DNA of 64,000 bases from an uncultured Methanosarcinales archaeon (GTDB taxonomy: Archaea; Nanobdellota; Nanobdellia; Woesearchaeales; SM23-78), in the NCBI GenBank assembly GCA_964354085.1, contig CAYGYA010000049.1, positions 3,887 to 67,886 on the forward strand, given 5' to 3'. Every line of letters begins with the position of its first letter. Position 1 is the stretch's first letter. The notes below the pieces were generated by a model, which was not told where the DNA came from, did no database searches, and was given only the letters and a program-made list of their open reading frames with translations. The translations under genes and the position numbers were made by a program. This document shows, one piece after another, positions 59,867-64,000 of the stretch.

Positions 59867-60571
59867 TCATTTCTTCAAAATCTCATCAAGAACTTCTTTT
59901 TCATCAGCTTTTACTCCGAGCCTCTTGAAGAATTTGACAATATTATGTATGTCTCTTTCCATGAACTCTCTTGCCTGGGGGTGCTGGGTTGTTGTTGCCT
60001 GGCTCAGGTCAATAAAAACAGGCTCTTCCTCAAAGTTGAGTATGTTGAATTCTGACAAATCAGCATGGACAATGCCAACATCATACAATGCCTTGATGCT
60101 CTTAATTGTTCTCTTAAAGAAATCCTTGGGATTCTTGGGCTTTTCATTCTTTAGCATTGGAGCAAGCTCATTATCCCTGCCAATGAACTCCATGACCAGG
60201 ATGTTGTCTTTCACAGTTATTGGCTTTGGCACACGGATAACTTCCCGTGCTTTGAGCAGATTACGATATTCTCTCTGAACCCAGGAAAATATTACCAAGC
60301 GCCTTCTCTTTTTCAAGCCAGCAAACCTAGGGTCAGGAGCAATATACCTGTACATCTGGTTAAAGTTGCAGTTCTCAAGTCGATAAACCTTGACAATGAC
60401 TGTGTCCTCGCCTTTGCTCGCAGTGAATATGTTAGCTTCCTTGCCAAGGGCTATTGGGCTTTGCAATTCATCAAAGTGGCCTTCGCTCCTGAGCTTCTCA
60501 AGATTCAGGAGAGCTAGCTGGTCAAATACGTTCTTGTAAGTCTTCCATTCTTCACGTGATTCTCTTGGCAT
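59867..60571 (-). CDS. rio1: RIO1 serine kinase
   Basis: GKEA, VKVYR, VHADLSEFNIL and IDLSQA motifs. Confidence 0.93.
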   Translation of the reverse strand: MPRESREEWKTYKNVFDQLALLNLEKLRSEGHFDELQSPIALGKEANIFTASKGEDTVIVKVYRLENCNFNQMYRYIAPDPRFAGLKKRRRLVIFSWVQREYRNLLKAREVIRVPKPITVKDNILVMEFIGRDNELAPMLKNEKPKNPKDFFKRTIKSIKALYDVGIVHADLSEFNILNFEEEPVFIDLSQATTTQHPQAREFMERDIHNIVKFFKRLGVKADEKEVLDEILKK

Positions 60572-60610
60572 AAAACATAGAATAAATTATGGGTTTAAAA
60601 AATGTTGCGT

Positions 60611-62017
60611 TTAGAAACGATTATTTCTATCGTGAAAATCACCAGGCCTAAAACCTCTGTATTTTCTCTCATCATATATGTCAAATCTTTCTCCTAGCGC
60701 GTCAACTCCAAAACCTAATCCTGCGCCTGCTGCAGCTCCTGCAAGGCTCCATAAGACTACCATGTACCATTTTGAGGGATGAACATCAAATCCTCCTTTG
60801 AAGTTCTTTGAATAAGCTTTCTGTGTCTCTGATATTATCTGCCTTTTCAGGCTTCTTGCACTTGTGCTTCCTTTTTTTCCATTCAAGGTTACATCAATGT
60901 ATTCAACAATTTTCTGATGAAGTTTTGGTGCAAATGTCTTTACATAATCAATTCCTTCCTTGATCTGGGATATGCTTTGTTCTAAGGTTCTCCCATCATC
61001 AAGAGTTTTTTCTGCAGCCTGGAATTCAATAGGGCCAGAATCAGAGCGTGAAAAAGTAATGTAAGAAGTGCTGTGGGCTCTTGTTTTTGCCTTGTTCCAT
61101 AATGGGGAATCGCTGTTCAAAGCATACATCATTTCAGTAATCCTAGGCATATTTGTATTAACTGTTGAGCCACTTGCCCATGTTCCAGCATATTTAGTTA
61201 GCTCTTCTGGTGCAAGCCTTTTTCCTTTTAGCTTTTTTTCCCTGCTTTTTTCTATTGCAGATTCATTATCTGCATGGGTTACTGGCGAAACAATGAATTT
61301 TTCTTTTAGCTCTAAGCGGGGATGCTTGGCTAATAGGTCATCCAATGATATTGATGCAGCTTCTCCTGATTTCTTATCATAGCTGTATGAATGGATTGTA
61401 TAATCATACACATATTCTGATTCAGTATGAGTGTTTCCGTCTGAGTCAGTTTCTGTATGTGTTTCCCAGTGGCCAACATCCACGTGGCTATCATTCCACG
61501 CAGAGTCAAAATGATTATTCACTTGCTTTATCCTGCCAAGCACTTCAAGGAAATCCTTTAGTTTTATAAGTGCAGTATCAGCTTGATTAGGAAGGGCTTT
61601 TGTGAAGTCTGTAATCTCATAGTGATGGATTCTCATTGATGGGTCAATCCTGTTCTCAAGCTCTCTTGCAAACGAAGCTGTGTTGCTTCCAAACAAAGAA
61701 AACTGGTTTGATATGTTCCAGCTCTCAAAAACCTTCATAGCTAAATCATTGGTGCTTGCATAGTATCTTGTCAGGGTAGGCACTTCTGTTTTTTGCTTTT
61801 CTGCCTCTTTTTCTATCTGTGATATTTCAGAAAATGCTACAGGTATTATTTTTCCCTTTGTATTCTCAAAATGCAAGCTGAGCGGCAATGCAACTAAGAG
61901 TCCAATTCCTGCACCTATACCAATCTCTGCCGGGGTATCCCTTAGAAAACCTTTGAATCCCCCCCAATAGTCGCTAATTTTCTCTTTCAGTTCGAGTTTT
62001 AGCTTATCTAAATCCAT
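60611..62017 (-). CDS. Hypothetical protein with N- and C-terminal TM helices and a large extracellular-type domain
   Basis: Gly-rich TM segments at both ends; acidic loop ETDSDGNTHTE. Confidence 0.75.
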   Translation of the reverse strand: MDLDKLKLELKEKISDYWGGFKGFLRDTPAEIGIGAGIGLLVALPLSLHFENTKGKIIPVAFSEISQIEKEAEKQKTEVPTLTRYYASTNDLAMKVFESWNISNQFSLFGSNTASFARELENRIDPSMRIHHYEITDFTKALPNQADTALIKLKDFLEVLGRIKQVNNHFDSAWNDSHVDVGHWETHTETDSDGNTHTESEYVYDYTIHSYSYDKKSGEAASISLDDLLAKHPRLELKEKFIVSPVTHADNESAIEKSREKKLKGKRLAPEELTKYAGTWASGSTVNTNMPRITEMMYALNSDSPLWNKAKTRAHSTSYITFSRSDSGPIEFQAAEKTLDDGRTLEQSISQIKEGIDYVKTFAPKLHQKIVEYIDVTLNGKKGSTSARSLKRQIISETQKAYSKNFKGGFDVHPSKWYMVVLWSLAGAAAGAGLGFGVDALGERFDIYDERKYRGFRPGDFHDRNNRF

Positions 62018-62151
62018 TTTAAGCACATCAAAACCAGGTTATTTATAAAAATTTCGATATTTAACCATCTGAAAGTAGTTACAAAACAAGAGAATGTGTT
62101 TCAAAAAGAACTAATAAAAGAATTAAATAAAAAAATTTGAAAATAATTTAT

Positions 62152-63453
62152 TTACAAGTCATCGCTTATCAATACGTTGACTCTGCCTTGGCTCTTGATT
62201 TTTGTGTCCATGGCCACTAGGAAGCTTACATTTGCTCTTTCTGCTACCATGAGCAAGTCCTTATCTATGATTCCGTCAAGAACAATTGTGTATATTCCTG
62301 ATCTCAGGCTCTTGATTGTGCCTTGGAGCTCTGACAATGGGACTTTTCCGAGAATATTGAGCTTCTCATCAAGCAGGTAAGCTCCTCTTGTTCCTATTAA
62401 GTCTTCGAGCATTTCCTCAAAAACTTCTTTCTCATGAGGTGTTGCCTCTTTTGGCTTGCCTACAGGTGCTTGTGGCGACTGTATTGGAGGCCTTGGCTGT
62501 TGTTGCTGCATTGGAGGCCTCCTGTCTCCTCCTCGGTCTCCGCGGTTGTCCCTGAAGTCTCTTACAGGAGCTTGCTGAGGAGCTCTTCTCTCTTCGATCC
62601 TTTCTCCTCTTCCTCCTTCTGTGGTAACATCTGTTTTTGCCTGCTCAAATGCAACTCTTGCCCTTAGTGCCTTGTGTATTTCTTTCTTGGTCAGCTCTTC
62701 TACTTCTTTGCCATCAGGTGCTTTGGTCACAAAGTCTATCTCTGCAACTCCTCCGAGCTCTTTGAGTATTAAGTCTCCTCCTCGGTCTCCGTCAACAAAT
62801 GCTGTCAAGGTCTTTTTCTTGCTCAATTCTATAATTGTTTCTGGGACACTGGTGCCGTTCATTGCAATCACGTTCTTGAAGCCTTGCTTTAATAGGTTGA
62901 GAACATCTGCTCTTCCTTCAACAACAATAACTTCGTCGCTCTCATCTACTGAAGGTCCTGCTGGCAACCTGTCCTTGCCATATTCCTGAATTTCCATAAC
63001 CCTGACTGCATATGATACTTCATCTGCCAGTTCCTGGCTGTCAGGCATTACTGACTCTATCAGTTCTTTCAAGAGCTCTTTTGCCCTGTCAATAACAAAC
63101 TGCCTCTTGGAAACTCTTACATCCTCAATATTAGCTACTTTTATCTTTGCATTGCAAGGTCCTATCCTCTGGATTACTTCAAGGCTTGCAGCTACTATGC
63201 ATGTCTCTGATTTATCTAAAGAACTAGGAACAATAATCACACCTGCTGATTTTCCGCTCTTAGTGTCAATATTAACTTCTATTCTTCCTATTCTTCCGCT
63301 TCTCTGAAGTTCTCTTAGCTCCAAATCCGCTCCTAAAAGCCCTTCTGTCTGGCCAAATATTGCGCCTATCACATCAGGCCTGTCTACTACTCCTTCAATC
63401 TGTATCTCAGCATGAACAATATATTTTGCTGATACTTGTGCTATCTTTGCCAT
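62152..63453 (-). CDS. dnaG: Archaeal DnaG (bacterial-type primase, exosome-associated)
   Basis: GAIFGQTEGLLG, VEGRADV and DGDRGG toprim motifs. Confidence 0.95.
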   Translation of the reverse strand: MAKIAQVSAKYIVHAEIQIEGVVDRPDVIGAIFGQTEGLLGADLELRELQRSGRIGRIEVNIDTKSGKSAGVIIVPSSLDKSETCIVAASLEVIQRIGPCNAKIKVANIEDVRVSKRQFVIDRAKELLKELIESVMPDSQELADEVSYAVRVMEIQEYGKDRLPAGPSVDESDEVIVVEGRADVLNLLKQGFKNVIAMNGTSVPETIIELSKKKTLTAFVDGDRGGDLILKELGGVAEIDFVTKAPDGKEVEELTKKEIHKALRARVAFEQAKTDVTTEGGRGERIEERRAPQQAPVRDFRDNRGDRGGDRRPPMQQQQPRPPIQSPQAPVGKPKEATPHEKEVFEEMLEDLIGTRGAYLLDEKLNILGKVPLSELQGTIKSLRSGIYTIVLDGIIDKDLLMVAERANVSFLVAMDTKIKSQGRVNVLISDDL

Positions 63454-64000
63454 TTTAAATCACCTTTATATTAATTTTAAACATTATTTTAGTCCGCCTG
63501 GGGCCTGTTAATCTTTTAGTTTTCTTAACTTAAACTTAGTTTTAGGCGCCTCATTCGCCGGCGGGGCTCACTTACTTTCTAGCTTTTCAGAAGGAGTCTA
63601 ATTTATCATCTGCTAGCACAAGCTTATAATACCTGCAATGTTCAGTTATAATATTTATGAGCATGGTGTAATAGCAAATAATTGCTCCTTCTTTAGAACA
63701 AGCACCTAAAACTTTTCCCTTACTCTCTCTTTTTCCTTTTCAAAAATAAAAAATCCTTCTTATCCATGAATACTTTCTGAATAATTGAAGTGAGTATGAT
63801 GAAAAGGCTTTTTGTGCCTGTTCCCTATCTGTCTTTCTTTCTAACTTTTGTCTTTTTTCTGACTTTCGTTGTACTTGATTGAACATTAAAGCTAATTGTA
63901 GCCCAACACTAACTCACAATGCTCACAGCCAAAAGCTTTGTGCTTAGGCTCGCATGAGCAACTCTGTGCCGGGCCAAAGAAAAGGTAGTGGTCAGGGGTT

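Noticed and set aside
62430..62620. R/G/D/Q/P-rich insert in DnaG as an intein or novel domain
   Set aside because: No intein terminal motifs; consistent with the variable disordered linker of archaeal DnaG
409..63307. Numerous antisense and alternate-frame ORFs in the track (e.g. 1849-2253, 3243-3665, 46802-47044, 53031-53498)
   Set aside because: They are shadows of well-supported genes and have no motifs of their own
63984..64000. GGTAGTGGTCAGGGGTT as the start of a structural RNA (SRP RNA or tRNA end)
   Set aside because: Only ~17 nt before the window edge; cannot be assigned

Overview
AT-rich, gene-dense archaeal DNA. The small-genome style gene content, archaeal information-processing genes and many TATA-proximal leaderless starts fit a DPANN lineage such as Woesearchaeota (inference). 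Core genes: TFS, signal peptidase, Nmd3, PRPP synthase, CysRS, CTP synthase, fibrillarin/Nop5, deoxyhypusine synthase, aIF5A, aRF1, eL40 (missed by the ORF track), TtuA, ThiI-like, TrmJ, Topo VI A/B, KH (Dim2-like), Rio1 and DnaG, plus two intron-containing tRNAs (Ile-GAT, Asn-GTT). The main candidate novel system is a biosynthetic island at ~11.4-22.2 kb. It contains an MFS transporter, an unannotated 36-aa acidic leader ORF, a lysine 2,3-aminomutase-type radical SAM enzyme fused to a Ddl-like ATP-grasp domain, and two more Ddl-like ATP-grasp genes. After pyrG follows a bacterial-type LbH acyltransferase/AcpS/FkbH/ACP cassette. Other notable signals: palindromic leader inserts that duplicate the start codons of rpl40e and nmd3 and share an AAATC-N3-4-GATTT hairpin core with the tRNA-Ile intron; an N-terminally truncated Hel308 abutting the tRNAs; an NlpC/P60-like membrane-anchored protein; a NUDIX-like gene broken by a perfect 17-bp tandem duplication; and a PHP gene with a single in-frame amber codon. 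No CRISPR array, rRNA or transposase was seen.
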